A DNA stretch of 63,121 bases, filler included, from Octopus bimaculoides (taxonomy: Eukaryota): NCBI RefSeq assembly GCF_001194135.2. It is 3 parts of 3 records of this genome, joined end to end, with 100 filler letters (N's around TTAATTAATTAA, not from the genome) between each part and the next. Parts side by side here need not be neighbours in the genome. Positions count along the whole stretch, not along the records: positions 43,101 to 63,121 come from NC_068981.1; 2 more parts are not named here. One strand, written 5' to 3'. The translations under genes were made by a program, and so were the position numbers. The notes under the pieces are model-generated. The model made no database searches. It saw nothing but the letters and a program-made list of their open reading frames with translations, and had not been told where the DNA came from. Shown here in pieces: positions 51,405 to 63,121 of the stretch (position 1 is the stretch's first letter; every line of letters begins with the position of its first letter).

Positions 51405-53160
51405 AAACCAGACCTTAAAGCCTTCTTTATGTTTACCAAGGAGACTGCTTCTGTGCATTGCAAGGTAGAGCCACTCCTCCAAAAAGATGGCTCCCTCACA
51501 GGAAACCCAATGAGGATAAGTGAGACGCTGAATGAACAGTTCAAAAGTGTCTTCACCCCACCCCTACAGCACATGCAAGTTAGCAAACCTGTAGAATTCT
51601 TTACTGCTACAGAAGCTGAACAGGAGGCAGTAACAATTGATTACATCAACATCGAAGAAAAGGATGTAATGCTAGCAATAGATAACATAGACGCAAACTC
51701 AGCTGCTGACCCTGATGGATTCCCAGCAATCCTCCTCAAGTCATGCAAACGAGTCCTTGCAAAACCACGGCAGCCTCTTTTCAGAGCTTCCTTGCAAATA
51801 GTAAGGTCCCGGATAAACGAAAGGAGGGAGTAATATGCCCTATCCATAAAGGAGGAAGAAGATCAGATGCCAAAAATTATAGGTCTATCTCTATGACCTA
51901 TAAGTCAAGGATCGCATTGTCAGGAAGAAACAAATTACGTTCCTTGAAGAGAATGACTTGCTGAATGATACCTCGCATGATTTTCGACCAGGTAGAATCT
52001 GCCCGACACAGCTCTTGCAACACTATGACTGAGCGCTAAAGCAGTCGCTCAACAACTCAAATGTGGGCGTAATATACCTCGACTTCGCAAAAGCCTTTGA
52101 CAAATTTGATCGTGGCATGATTTGTCACAAGCTGCGTAATTTTGGCATAGTCAGCATACTTGGAGAATGGCTTCATGGCTTCTTAAAAGACAGAAGTGGT
52201 GGTCAAAGGGGTTACCTCCGAGGAAACACAAATAATTAACGGTGTTCCACAGGGCACTGTCCTGGGACCACTGCTATTCATAGTGCTCCTCTCTGACATG
52301 CTCTCAGCTGCTCAGCTAGCTTCCCTTGCTAGCTATGCAGACGATACGAAAGTCTTTCAGAGAATAGGACCCTGGAGACGTCATGCATCTACAACGTGAA
52401 TTGAACGCAATATACAGATGGGCTGAGGAAAGTAACATGCAGTTTAATGCTGAAAAATTTCAAGCCCTGCGGTACCAACATTTGAAGCTCAATGAAAAGC
52501 AGATAGGATACACTGGCCCCGGAGGGATTGCAATCCCTGAATCAAAACCAGTGCGCCACCTGGGCATCGACATGGGTATCGATGCATCTTTCCAGGTGCA
52601 TATATTACCAAGTTGGCAATAAAATGCAGACGCTTGACCGGGTAGATCCTTCGAACTTTCAAAACTAGAGATAAGGAAATCATGATGGTCCTCTGGAGGA
52701 CTTTCGTCCTTAGCCATCTGGATTGCTGCTTCCAACAGTGAAAAATTAACGACGGAACTCGAGGCGATCCAGCGAAGCTACACCAAGAAGATCGACACAA
52801 TGCGAAATATCAGCTAGTGGGAAAGAGTTAAGACTCTGCTCACTGGAACAAAGGCGAGAAAGATATGCTGTAATATAATCTGGAAGATCCTAGAAAAGCG
52901 TGTCCCAAATTTTGGCGTTGTCAATTACACAAACAGCCTCTGCATAGTACCAAAACTCCCAACATTGCCATCAGGGTACAGGACCAGATACTGCAACAGC
53001 TTCTACTTGAAAGGTCCACAGCTCTTTAATATCCTCCCATAAAATCTGCCTGGCGTGGATGTAGACTTTTTCAAAACAAAACTAGATCTCCTTTGGTCAA
53101 GAGTTCCGAATGAACCTACTTCGAGACAAGAAACAAAGATGAGGGCAGCAACGTCAACGC
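51405..53160 (+). mobile_element. CR1-type LINE RT to 3' end relic
   Basis: DPDGFPAILLKSC; IYLDFAKAFDK; GVPQGTVLGPLLF; SYADDTK; QFNAEKF; FKTKLD..VPNEP. Confidence 0.9.
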
Positions 53161-53829
53161 CGGTGCCCCAGAATGGCCGCAGTCCTTATGTGGAAAACAT
53201 ATATAAAAAAGGGGGAAGAGAAATGCCTTCGTTTCACATAGATTTAATATCTTTTTATAAAAAAATATATATATATATATATTATGTATGGAACAAGTCT
53301 CATGAAATGTAGTGATATCCAACCGATTTTCGCTATTTGAATTAGCTTTTCAAGGAACATTGTAAAGTGATAAATCCTTCAGAAAAGGAATGACGCCATT
53401 TTGGATTTTTTGAGAAGTCAAAATGCGTGGTGAGAGTGGATAAAGGGAGGCAAACGGTGGCAAGGGGGACAACTACCTCCTCAGCATTATTGAATATGAT
53501 ATGAGAAGCAATTTCTACAGGAAATGTGAAAAGATAATAATTGCAATTTTGAAAAATTGTGAAAAAGGAAATTGGAATTGAAATTGAAATGAACAAAAAA
53601 TGTATAATTATCTGTACATTTGTGTGTAATTTATAATACTAGTTCCTCATTTTGTCAATATTGAATTATTATAGACAAAGGAAAAATCTTTGGTCAATAT
53701 AATGTAATACAAATTAAATAAGCCAAAGAAATATGTATATATATTGGTCAATAAGTTGAGTGAAAGTTTTACAATTCAGGTTCAGATTTTGAGTTTTTAT
53801 TTTTAATTTTTAGGGAATGTGTAGGAAGC

Positions 53830-55430
53830 AGGTGGTGAAGTTTGTATATTAAGGTGTGGTCTGTACTTTTGTATAAACAGGTTTTCCTTGTTTAGGCGTT
53901 CTTGTAAGGAGACTGAATCTTTGCATTGGTATATTGGAAAAATATGGAAATTCGGTGTTTTATTTCTTGCTCATCTGTCAATATGTTCGCTCAGAGCTAT
54001 CTTCCTGCATTGAGGAAAACGAATCTGTTCTTTATGCAGCGTAACTCTGCGTCTCAAAGTAAGGCTCGGTTGGTCCACATAATTGTGGCCACAGCCTGAG
54101 CAGGTTAGAAGATAAATCAGGTTCTGAGAGGCACATGTGAAGTTGGTTTTAATTAGAAATATTTCTTCTTGCTGGAATGTGAATTTCGAGCCTTCAATTA
54201 GGTGTGGGCACGTACCACAATTCGGTCGTCCGCAATGTTTAACTGTTGGTATCGTGTGTTGAGTATAGTTTTTGTATTTAGTAGGAGTCTCTTAAGTGAT
54301 TTGTGTTGTCTTTTGCATTTGAGGAGTTTATGTGTATTTAGGATGTTGTTCATTTTCGGGTCTTGAGTGAACAAAGGGAGATTTTATACAATTGTGTTGT
54401 ATGCTTTATTGTTTTTGGGGTTGTGGGTTGATATGTATGGGAGTGAGGTATGGTGTTATGTTTTGTTGTCCTTAGTATGTTTGTGTCTAATTTTTTGGCA
54501 CGTTTAATTTCATGGTCCATAAGTGCGGGTCGGTATTAACGTTCAATGAGTGTTATTTTGGAGTCTTGTAGGCGAAGTTCCCGACTTGTTGTATCAGATA
54601 CAATTGTACAGATCCTTTTTGCTAGATTGAACGGGATATTTATTTTGGTGTGTTTAGGATGGCATCAACTGAAAAGGAGATACTGTTTTGAGTCTGTTGG
54701 TTTGTAGTAGATGTTAGTTGCAATTTTGTTGTTGGAATTTTTTTATAATCAAAATGTCCAGAAATGGGAGCTGTTCACTGTTCCATTGTAAATTGAATAT
54801 TGGAGTCTATATTGTTCAGTGTAGATTTGAAGTCCAGAAGTTTGTCATAAGTTTCATTCCAGATGACAAAACAATCGTCTAGGTACCTTTTCCAGTTTTC
54901 TCTTATACAGTAGTGGAATGGGGGTCCAAATCTTTGAAGCGAAAGTTCATATAGAGTAGATTCAAAGAAACCTATTATTAGGTTCGCAAGGACAGGCGCT
55001 GCTTTCATTCCCATCGCAATACCGCGTTTTTTTTTTTTTTTGCGGTAGTATGTTACATCGAATAGGAAGTAATTGTTTTGTAGGATGAACTTCAGGGATT
55101 CAATGACAAATGTCTGGTTTATGCGATCCGGGAGAACTTCGGGGTATTTTTCTAACCAGAATTTTATTGCTTCTATTCCGTAGTCATGTGGAATAGAGGT
55201 TGATGACATCGGAGGAGACTAATAGAGCTTCTTCGTTGGTGGTTTTTGGTAGATGCTCTAGCATGTCCAGATCGTTTCTAATGAAACTTTTATTTTATCT
55301 GAGGAAAGGTTTCAATAGTATGTCAAGAAAATTGCTTAGGCGGTGTGTTTCACGGGCCGGGCCAGCAATAATAGGCCTTAATTTTAAGTCTTCTAGTGTT
55401 GGGATATTTATGTATAGACCTGGATTTTAG
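53830..55430 (-). mobile_element. Penelope-like element, RT plus GIY-YIG, decayed
   Basis: RPIIAGP; SIPHDYG; GIAMGMKAAPVLANL; WKRYLDDCF; IQFTME; YYKPTDS.QYL; CGRPNCGTC; LIYLLTCSGC. Confidence 0.9.
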
Positions 55431-56209
55431 TTACAGGCCTGTAAATCAAATCCAGGTTTATACATTAATATCTTTGTCTTTTAAGTTTACTCTGCTTTTT
55501 ATTTCATTTTGTTTTTCTTCATATTAATCATCCTTCCTCACATGTCTTAATAGCATGTACGATAATTAATGAAGCCGCCCAGTCCCTTTATCTGAAAATG
55601 GCGCCATTTCACATCAAAGCCCTTCTATAACTGGGATGTGAGTTTATGTGAGTTTCTTTTTTTTTTCTTCAACTTTATGCATTTTCTAGAGATATTTGAC
55701 AGGTTTGTTGCTCTGTATACTTAACTTCAAAATAGTATTCCCTCTCAACTGGCACCGATAACAAAGAGTTAGTATGTAAGCTATACAATTTGTGTATCTT
55801 AAGAAAGATTCTTCAGACTTGAGAAAACTGCGTTTCACTAAACCTTAAACCAACATGCCGGAAAATTTAAATAGCATGTAACATCTTTATGGAATGATGA
55901 TGATGATGATGATGATGATGAGGAGGAGGAGGAGGAGAAGAAGAAGNNNNNNNNNNNNNNNNNNNNNNNNNNNNNNNNNNNNNNNNNNNNNNNNNNNNNN
56001 NNNNNNNNNNNNNNNNNNNNNNNNNNNNNNNNNNNNNNNNNNNNNNNNNNNNNNNNNNNNNNNNNNNNNNNNNNNNNNNNNNNNNNNNNNNNNNNNNNNN
56101 NNNNNNNNNNNNNNNNNNNNNNNNNNNNNNNNNNNNNNNNNNNNNNNNNNNNNNNNNNNNNNNNNNNNNNNNNNNNNNNNNNNNNNNNNNNNNNNNNNNN
56201 NNNNNNNNN

Positions 56210-56560
56210 AGTTCAAATTCTGCCGAGGTCGACTTGGCCTTTCATCCTTTCGGGGTCAATAAAATAAGTACTAGTTACGCACTGGGGTCGATATAATCGA
56301 CTAAGTCCGTTTGTCTGTCCTTCTTTGTCCCCTCTATGTTTAGCCCCTTGTGGGTAGTAAAGAAATAAGAAACGTTAGCACGCCGGGCGAAATGCTTAGC
56401 GGTATTTCGTCTGTCTTTACATTCTGAGTTCAAATTCCACCGAGATAGACTTTGCCTTTCATCCTTTCGGGGGTCGATAAATTAAGTACCAGTTGCGTAC
56501 TGGGGTTGATCTAATCGACTGGCCCCCTCCCCACAAATTTCGGGCCTTGAGTAGAAAAGA
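56210..56560 (+). mobile_element. Two abutting SINE family 1 copies (long-tail copy joined to the head of a short-tail copy)
   Basis: ..GGGTAGTAAAGAAATAA|GAAACGTTAGCACGCCGGGCG.. junction at about 56367. Confidence 0.9.
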
Positions 56561-56888
56561 ATAAATTATACTGTTTTAACCAGCTTTTAGGAATAAGAAT
56601 GCAGGTGCTTGAAAAGACTGCAGTGAGATCGTTGTGAGACTTTCTTATAGAAATGAAGAATGGAGCAGAACAGGACAGATACTGAACGCATTGTATGTAC
56701 TGTAATGCACGTGACAAAGTCATGTGACCCATGATTGAAAAGAAAGGCAAAAATAAATTTAAAAAATAACAGTCGAATGGATAAGTGTGATAACAAACTA
56801 TGAAAATGAGTTATTTTAACCTGGGAATAGAAAATTACTATTTGTAAATCTCACAACGAGAGATATTCGGCAACAGTACTTTGTAGTA

Positions 56889-57210
56889 AAGATTGTTTGC
56901 CAACATAACATGGCAGTCCTGGTTTAGGACGAATGTTACTGTAATTTAGCCCCAGGAAACATCGTCTCCAGCTGGCTATACAACACGATCTATGTCCTTA
57001 TATTTTTATGTAGTAAATATATAAGTCTTGAATTTATTCTTCAATTCTTTATGAACTATTTTAATAATATACACGCAGATTCCCTTGTTCGAAAATATAA
57101 GGGCACACAATCGTGTTGTATAGCCAACTGGAGACGACGTCTCCAGGGGCTAAATAACAGCAACATTCGTCCTAAACCAGGACTGCCATGTTATGTTGGT
57201 AAATAATCTT
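56889..57210. mobile_element. Fold-back / MITE-like element with ~118-bp inverted arms
   Basis: 56889-57007 versus reverse complement of 57092-57210, high identity including the shared block CCAACATAACATGGCAGTCCTGGTTTAGGACGAATGTT. Confidence 0.9.
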
Positions 57211-57656
57211 GACTCCAGCCTGGGAATAGTTTGAGTGAAGAAAAGGTCCTTCGGGTTTCGAAAAATTATATTTATGCAAGTATGAACAGATAAGAAAAAC
57301 AGGCAAATCTTTTGTAGAGAAGATACAGAATTCCCGATATAGACCGACCCGAATATTTGGAATCCATATTTCAAATGTTTGTGTGCGTATATGTGTTTAA
57401 ATGTGTGTATGTATGTATGTATGTATCAACCAACAAGTCCACAATTAGATGCAGTGTCACCTTGTCAGTGACGAGGTCGCAGTTCACGCGACAAAAGTGA
57501 TATCAAATACGAAATGATAAATGTCTAAGTGAATTTAAAAGACATATTTTCGCGGTTGGGAATGACAAACACGTCTTTCATGCAGCAATCCTTTTAACAT
57601 CAACACACGGTCTCAAAATCAGTTCACCTTCTCGTCAAGTACACCTTCAAAACACA

Positions 57657-57705
<49 letters not shown>

Positions 57706-58086
57706 ACACATTTATCGAGGTAAAGGTAGTCATTGTTGGAATACCTTGCATCATAGCTTTACTCAATTCGGGCTGACCTAGACAAAATCAAAAACAAAAG
57801 CAACAACACCAACAACAACAGTTGTCTTACCTATTCTGGGTCTGTCACTTTAAAACGATATACGAACGACAAATACCGGACAATAAAATGTAAACCAATT
57901 TCTTAAAAACATCAATATTTTTCAAACAACAAAATTAATTTTCTGTTTTCCTTCACTATAACTGAACCTACCCAAGAGGTGGCATGTAGACTGCATCATC
58001 TATGCTTGAATTTGTCCGGTTTGGTGTATTTATAGAATATATATATGCATATATACGTGTGAGTGTGTACGTGTGTATGTATGTGT

Positions 58087-58125
<39 letters not shown>

Positions 58126-58661
58126 TATGCATGCATACGTACAAGCATACATACATACATACATACATACATACATACATACACATACATATGGATATAG
58201 GGATGCACATGTCAAACCTGCAATGTTTTTCTAAAGAAAACTTGACAAACGAGTTTCTTTTCACAGACGTAAAACACAATGAAAGGACACAAGCCCAAAA
58301 AGAAGGCTTCACTTACAAGAATTAGCTGAGAAATTTCCCTCATATCAAACTCTGCCAACCCAAAGTTAATACATTAGAAAATGAAATGGTGGATTCTCAC
58401 AAATATACATGCATGCATATATATGTACATACATACATACATACATACATACATACATACCTACATACACAGAAACCGGTTCTCTCTATTGGTAAGAAAC
58501 CTTGAAACAAACTGAATGACATGCATACATACGTACATACATACCTACCTATCTACCTACCTACCTACATACATACATACATACATGCATACATACATAC
58601 ATACATACATACATACATACATACATACATACATACATACATACATACATACGTACGTACG

Positions 58662-58869
58662 TACGAGAGGGGCTGAAATGTTTTGGGTAAAAGAAAATAC
58701 ATGAGGACCAGTTAATTAAGGTTTTATACAACATGTCCTCCTCTCAGGTTCAACTATCGTAATAATCTTTCAGTTTTTCTGAGCTCTGTAAATGAACTCA
58801 GATGCTTGGGACTCTAACCAGACCTTTTGCGATGTCCTTAAAGCCATGAGCTTTTCAGTACCTCCTCAA
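58662..58869. mobile_element. Mariner-derived MITE
   Basis: TA-CGAGAGGGGCTGAAAT.. and ..GAGCTTTTCAGTACCTCCTC; termini resemble the mariner TIR at 23466-23493. Confidence 0.65.
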
Positions 58870-59090
58870 TTGAGTGGACAAACGAACGAAAAGGGCTTTC
58901 AACACATTCAGTAAGAGTTACATATATTATTTGAAAAACATTTATTCAATTCTATGTCACTTAAAATTTCGTAGGCCTCTAACAGAAACCCGTCTCTTTC
59001 ATACTTTCCATTGCCAAATAGATAAATGCAAGAAATGGAAGGTGGCTACCGGAATATAATAGGAATTACATGTATTATTTAAAACATCGA

Positions 59091-59310
59091 AGGCGGTGAG
59101 CTAGCAGAATCGTTAGCACAACGGACGAAATGCTTAGCGGTATTTCGCCAGTCGTTACGTTCTGCGTTCAAATTCCACCGAGGTAGACCTTGCCTTTCAT
59201 CCTTTCCGGATCCATAAATTAAGTACCAGTGAAACACTGGGACCGATGTAATCGAGTAGTCCTCTCCCCCATAATTTCAAGCCTTGTGCCTATAGTAGAG
59301 AGGATTATTT
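59091..59310 (+). mobile_element. SINE family 1, full-length short-tail form
   Basis: Head GGCGGTGAGCTAGCAGAATCGTTAGCA through tail GCCTTGTGCCTATAGTAGAGAGG. Confidence 0.9.
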
Positions 59311-59734
59311 AAACATCTGATGATATTTTTTCTTTTTTCTTTGTTTTCCTCAGACGAGTAACGCCCAAACTCTAAGGGAACATTAGACTGGCAAAAGCAC
59401 AAATGTAACACCTGAAGAAGCATACACATTGTGATGGAGGAAAACTGAGTTTTATAGATATGAATAATCTTAAATAATATCTTATGTATGTGAAAAACTT
59501 CTAATGGGATGCAGAAACGTCTAATGTGGGATGCAGAAACACATGTCGGGATACATTAATAAAGCCTATAAATTTCCATCCACAAGTTATTCTTGTTATT
59601 AATATATTTATCCTAAACTGAAAGAACTTTCTCCTTTATAACCATTCCATGAGATTACACATCAAGATGGGACCGACAGGCGATAGAAGACAACGAGAGA
59701 CATAGAAGCTTTTAACATTGCAACCTGAGGCATT

Positions 59735-60147
59735 CACCGAAAATATATTAAACAGATATATATGTCTGGTCTCTGAGCATCGATTAGAGAGTCACGTTGG
59801 ATTGTAATATCCTTCAGGATATTATATTCATTGTCATCAGTGATGCGCTCTCGTTCATGATCGCACCATTCCCGCACTCTGTCCAGACCGTATTTTTCAC
59901 ACAGTCTCCAGTGAATAAATTTACCCATGTTATTGCGTCTCCTTTTGCTCTGCTTTTCGGCTAGCTTACTACACTCACTCATAATATGTGAGATTGTTCC
60001 GCTTTTGGTGCCGCACATCATACAAAGAGGCGATTCCCTGCTCCTATATATTTGGAACTTGGTGTAATTAGTTCTCAGAGCTTGTTCTTGGGCGTTGAAT
60101 ATCAATGCCTCATTGCAGCCTTTCAGATCACTTTTTCTTAGCCATCT
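59735..60147 (-). mobile_element. R4/Dong-clade fragment (CCHC to RLE start)
   Basis: AQEQALRTNY..CMMCG..TISHIMSEC..IHWRLC..RPDI. Confidence 0.85.
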
Positions 60148-60266
60148 CCAGGTGCTGGGTTCAGTTCCACTGCTTGGCACCTTGGGCAAATGTCTTCTAC
60201 TATAGCCTCGGGCCGACCAAAGCCTTGTGAGTGGATTTGGTAGACGGAAACTGAAAGAAGCCCGTC

Positions 60267-60314
<48 letters not shown>

Positions 60315-60525
60315 GTTTGTGTGTCTGTGTTTGTACCTACAACATCATTTGACAACTAATGATGGTATGTTTACGTCCCCGTAACTTAGCGGTTCGGCAA
60401 GAGAGACCGATAGAATAAGTACTAGGCTTCTAAAGAATAAGTCCTGGGGCCGATTTGCTCGACTAAAGGCGGTGCTCCAGCATGGCCGCCGTCAAATGAC
60501 TGAAACAAATAAAAGAATAAAAGAA
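60148..60525 (+). mobile_element. SINE family 2 showing both halves joined by an internal (TA)n
   Basis: CORE-like half, then (TA)n, then GTTTACGTCCCCGTAACTTAGCGG..GGCGGTGCTCCAGCATGGCCG tail. Confidence 0.9.
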
Positions 60526-60659
60526 TTATTGTTTTCATTTTCCAATTGTTTATTCTTTATTCTTCATCTCATTGTTTCCATTTTCCAATTGTTTCATTGT
60601 TTACATTTTCTAATTGTTTATTGTTATTATTTTGGCTTGGCTCAGGTTCGGTCTTATTC

Positions 60660-61060
60660 CTCGTAGGGATTATGTAGATAGTGGGTTACAACCTGTAACC
60701 TTAGGTATCCACAAGTTATCAGCAGTCTTTCAAGTGCTTAGGACCCTCCTGACAATTCTTGCTGTTCCTAAGAGACAAACTATCTATAGGAGCTCTACCG
60801 AGCATTCTATTTCAATATCCTTCAGCCATTTGTCTATATCTTGGCTTACTGTTCCCAACACACCAATTATTATAGGCACGACCTTTACGTTCACAAGCTC
60901 CAAATTCTTCCTATTTCAAATTTTAAGAGACTGTATTTTTTCTTTTCTTTCTCTTTCTTTACGATCCTGGAATCAAACAGGCATGATGGGTCGATAAGTA
61001 AGCAGCTTCTCTTTTCCTTGCGCACTTGGTCCTGTCGTGGAGCCTCTGTGTGATGGAGTT
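60660..61060 (-). mobile_element. R4/Dong-clade RLE C-terminus and 3' UTR
   Basis: CLLIDPSC..VKVVPIIIGVLGTV..LLGTARIVRRVL. Confidence 0.8.
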
Positions 61061-61131
61061 CGGATCTCACGGAGTGGATCCACTCAACACGTGGTTGTTG
61101 AAAATTATTTTTATTATCATTATTATTGTTG

Positions 61132-61162
<31 letters not shown>

Positions 61163-62119
61163 ACACGTCACACAGTATACAATATCGTGAGGTTGTTGAT
61201 TGAAGATATTGTAGTATTTGTCAAGTCACAACAACGACCTCAGACAGACAGTACTTTACGCAATAGCCGTGCAGTTCCGGGTAATGCCGACTTTTGCAAT
61301 ACACCGAGATTGTAGCGTATTTCTAAAGTTTTCTGATGTTTTTTTTTTTTTTCAGATTGGGCGGTATTGAAACCAATGTTTCGACGACAATAGGGATAAC
61401 CTAATGTAAGAGACATTTATTGAATCACACTATTTGAAGTACTACTCTTGTCCTTCATTTAAGTTCTCTGAAGTAGTCATCTCATATTTTTTTGGCTCAT
61501 ATTGTCGAGAAAGACGGTACTTAACAGAGTTACTAGATCAGCACTTCAAATACCTAAGTGCAGAAAAAAGCCAATAAACTATAAAAATAGTTCATACACA
61601 TCCTTGTTTAGATAATAACTTTTTTTAAACTTTCTTATTCCTCTTTACACCAGAGAGGGGAGAGAGGTTTCAGTATAATTTCAAAGTCTCTGTTAGTTTT
61701 ACTGTGAACAATACAATACAATATTAATCGCGTGTAAGGCGTCGAGCTGACAGAATCGTTTGCACGTTTGGTGAAGTGTTTTGCAGTATTTTATCCGTCT
61801 GTACGTTATGAGTTCAAATTTACCTTTCATCATTTCAAGGTCGAGAAGTCAAGCACTTACAAACGAGTGACAGCCTCGCCCGAAGTTGCTGGCCTTGTGC
61901 TAAATTTTGAAACCGATATAATAATTACAGTCACTTTCATTACTGCTTCGCTGGTTTCGGATACTTACCCGAGCCCAACGTAAACAGTGTTACGACTTCC
62001 CTGTCAATTAAACTGTAAGTTTTAATTTCTACATGAATTACGGCTGACAAATTTTCTATTTCTGTCTTTCTTTCTTTCTTTCTCTCTCACTCTCTCCCTC
62101 CCTCCTCCCTCTCTCTCTC

Positions 62120-62205
62120 TCTAGAAAGCAGTGTTACAGCTCCAGAAATCAGTGTTATTAGGGGCAGCTAAGATACTTAGGAAAGTTCTTGGCATCTAAG
62201 GATAT
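62120..62205 (+). mobile_element. Short R4-clade 3' terminal fragment
   Basis: LQKSVLLGAAKILRKVLGI*. Confidence 0.6.
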
Positions 62206-62547
62206 TAGGATGTTTATTTTCCAACAGGCTAATCTGCTGGCAAATCCAGATGGATCTCGCGACCGAAAATATATCCCTATGACCGGAAGCCGAATACACT
62301 AACCACTAAGCCGAGCGCTTTCACACACACACACATACGCACATACACACAGACACGCACACGCGTGCGCACACTCACACACACACACAAGCACACACAC
62401 AAGCACACACACAAGCATAGTTTCGTAGATAATATTAATGTTAATATTGTGTACAAATATATGCGTGCGTGTATGTATATATATGTGTGTGTGTATGTGT
62501 GTGTACATATATGTCACACACACGCACACTCATACGCACGCACACAC

Positions 62548-62776
62548 GGCGAGCTGGCAGAAACGTTAGCACGCCGGGAGAAATGCTTAGCGGTATTTCG
62601 TCTACCGCTACGTTCTGAGTTCAAATTCCGCCGAGGTCGACTCTGCCTTTCATCCTTTCGGGGTCGATTAAATAAGTACCAGTTACGCACTGGGGTCGGT
62701 ATAATCGACTTAATCCATTTGTCTGTCCTTGTTTGTCCCCTCTGTGTGTAGCCCCTTGTGGGTAGTAAAGAAATAA
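62548..62776 (+). mobile_element. Young full-length SINE family 1 (long-tail form) inserted in a (CA)n tract
   Basis: Near-consensus copy; reverse complement matches 10624-10845. Confidence 0.95.
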
Positions 62777-63121
62777 CACACACACATACACACAAAGAAA
62801 CATATTAATTTTAATAATATTGTGTGTATATATACACTCATCATCCAAACTTTATCTGCCCATCCCTACAGAACACTGAAGAGATGGAGATGGCATGGAG
62901 CATTTCGTTTCCTCCTGGCAGTAAAGGCCGTAAGGAACTAATCTTTTGCTCTTTTCTGTAATATTACTACATGTGTGTGTGTAACTCATGGTTACTACAT
63001 GTGTATGTTTTCTCTTAATACTTTCTTATGCTTTGGAATAAATAGACACGCTGGAATGTCTACCGGATGATGTATGCCATTTTGTATCCTCTCCATTTTC
63101 TTATTTGCCGTATATATATAT

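Noticed and set aside
1-63121. CRISPR arrays, rRNA or prokaryotic/viral insertions
   Set aside because: No regularly spaced repeat-spacer units, rRNA motifs or operon-like gene density

Overview
Eukaryotic, AT-rich, microsatellite-laden draft-assembly DNA with many N gaps. The repeat families match those I recognise from octopod cephalopods, so Octopus is an inference. Most entries in the ORF track are translations of microsatellites or N runs. The window is dominated by decayed mobile elements: three tRNA-derived SINE families, R4/Dong-type, Tx1-type, CR1-type and RTE-like non-LTR retrotransposons, at least six Penelope-like (PLE) fragments, a Ty3/Gypsy pol, mariner/Tc1 relics, and fold-back MITE-like elements. 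The one clear host-gene-like locus is on the minus strand at 48752-46528. It is a ~740-codon reading frame for an unassigned protein with a signal peptide, a Cys-containing ectodomain and roughly 8-10 TM helices. It has a strong splice acceptor 10 nt before the ATG and AATAAA after the stop, but is interrupted by two +1 frameshifts and one in-frame TGA. Second most interesting: three different minimal type-I hammerhead-ribozyme-like motifs in PLE-associated termini, one of them behind a tRNA-type Pol III head (retrozyme/SMalpha-like). No CRISPR, rRNA or bona fide tRNA gene was found.
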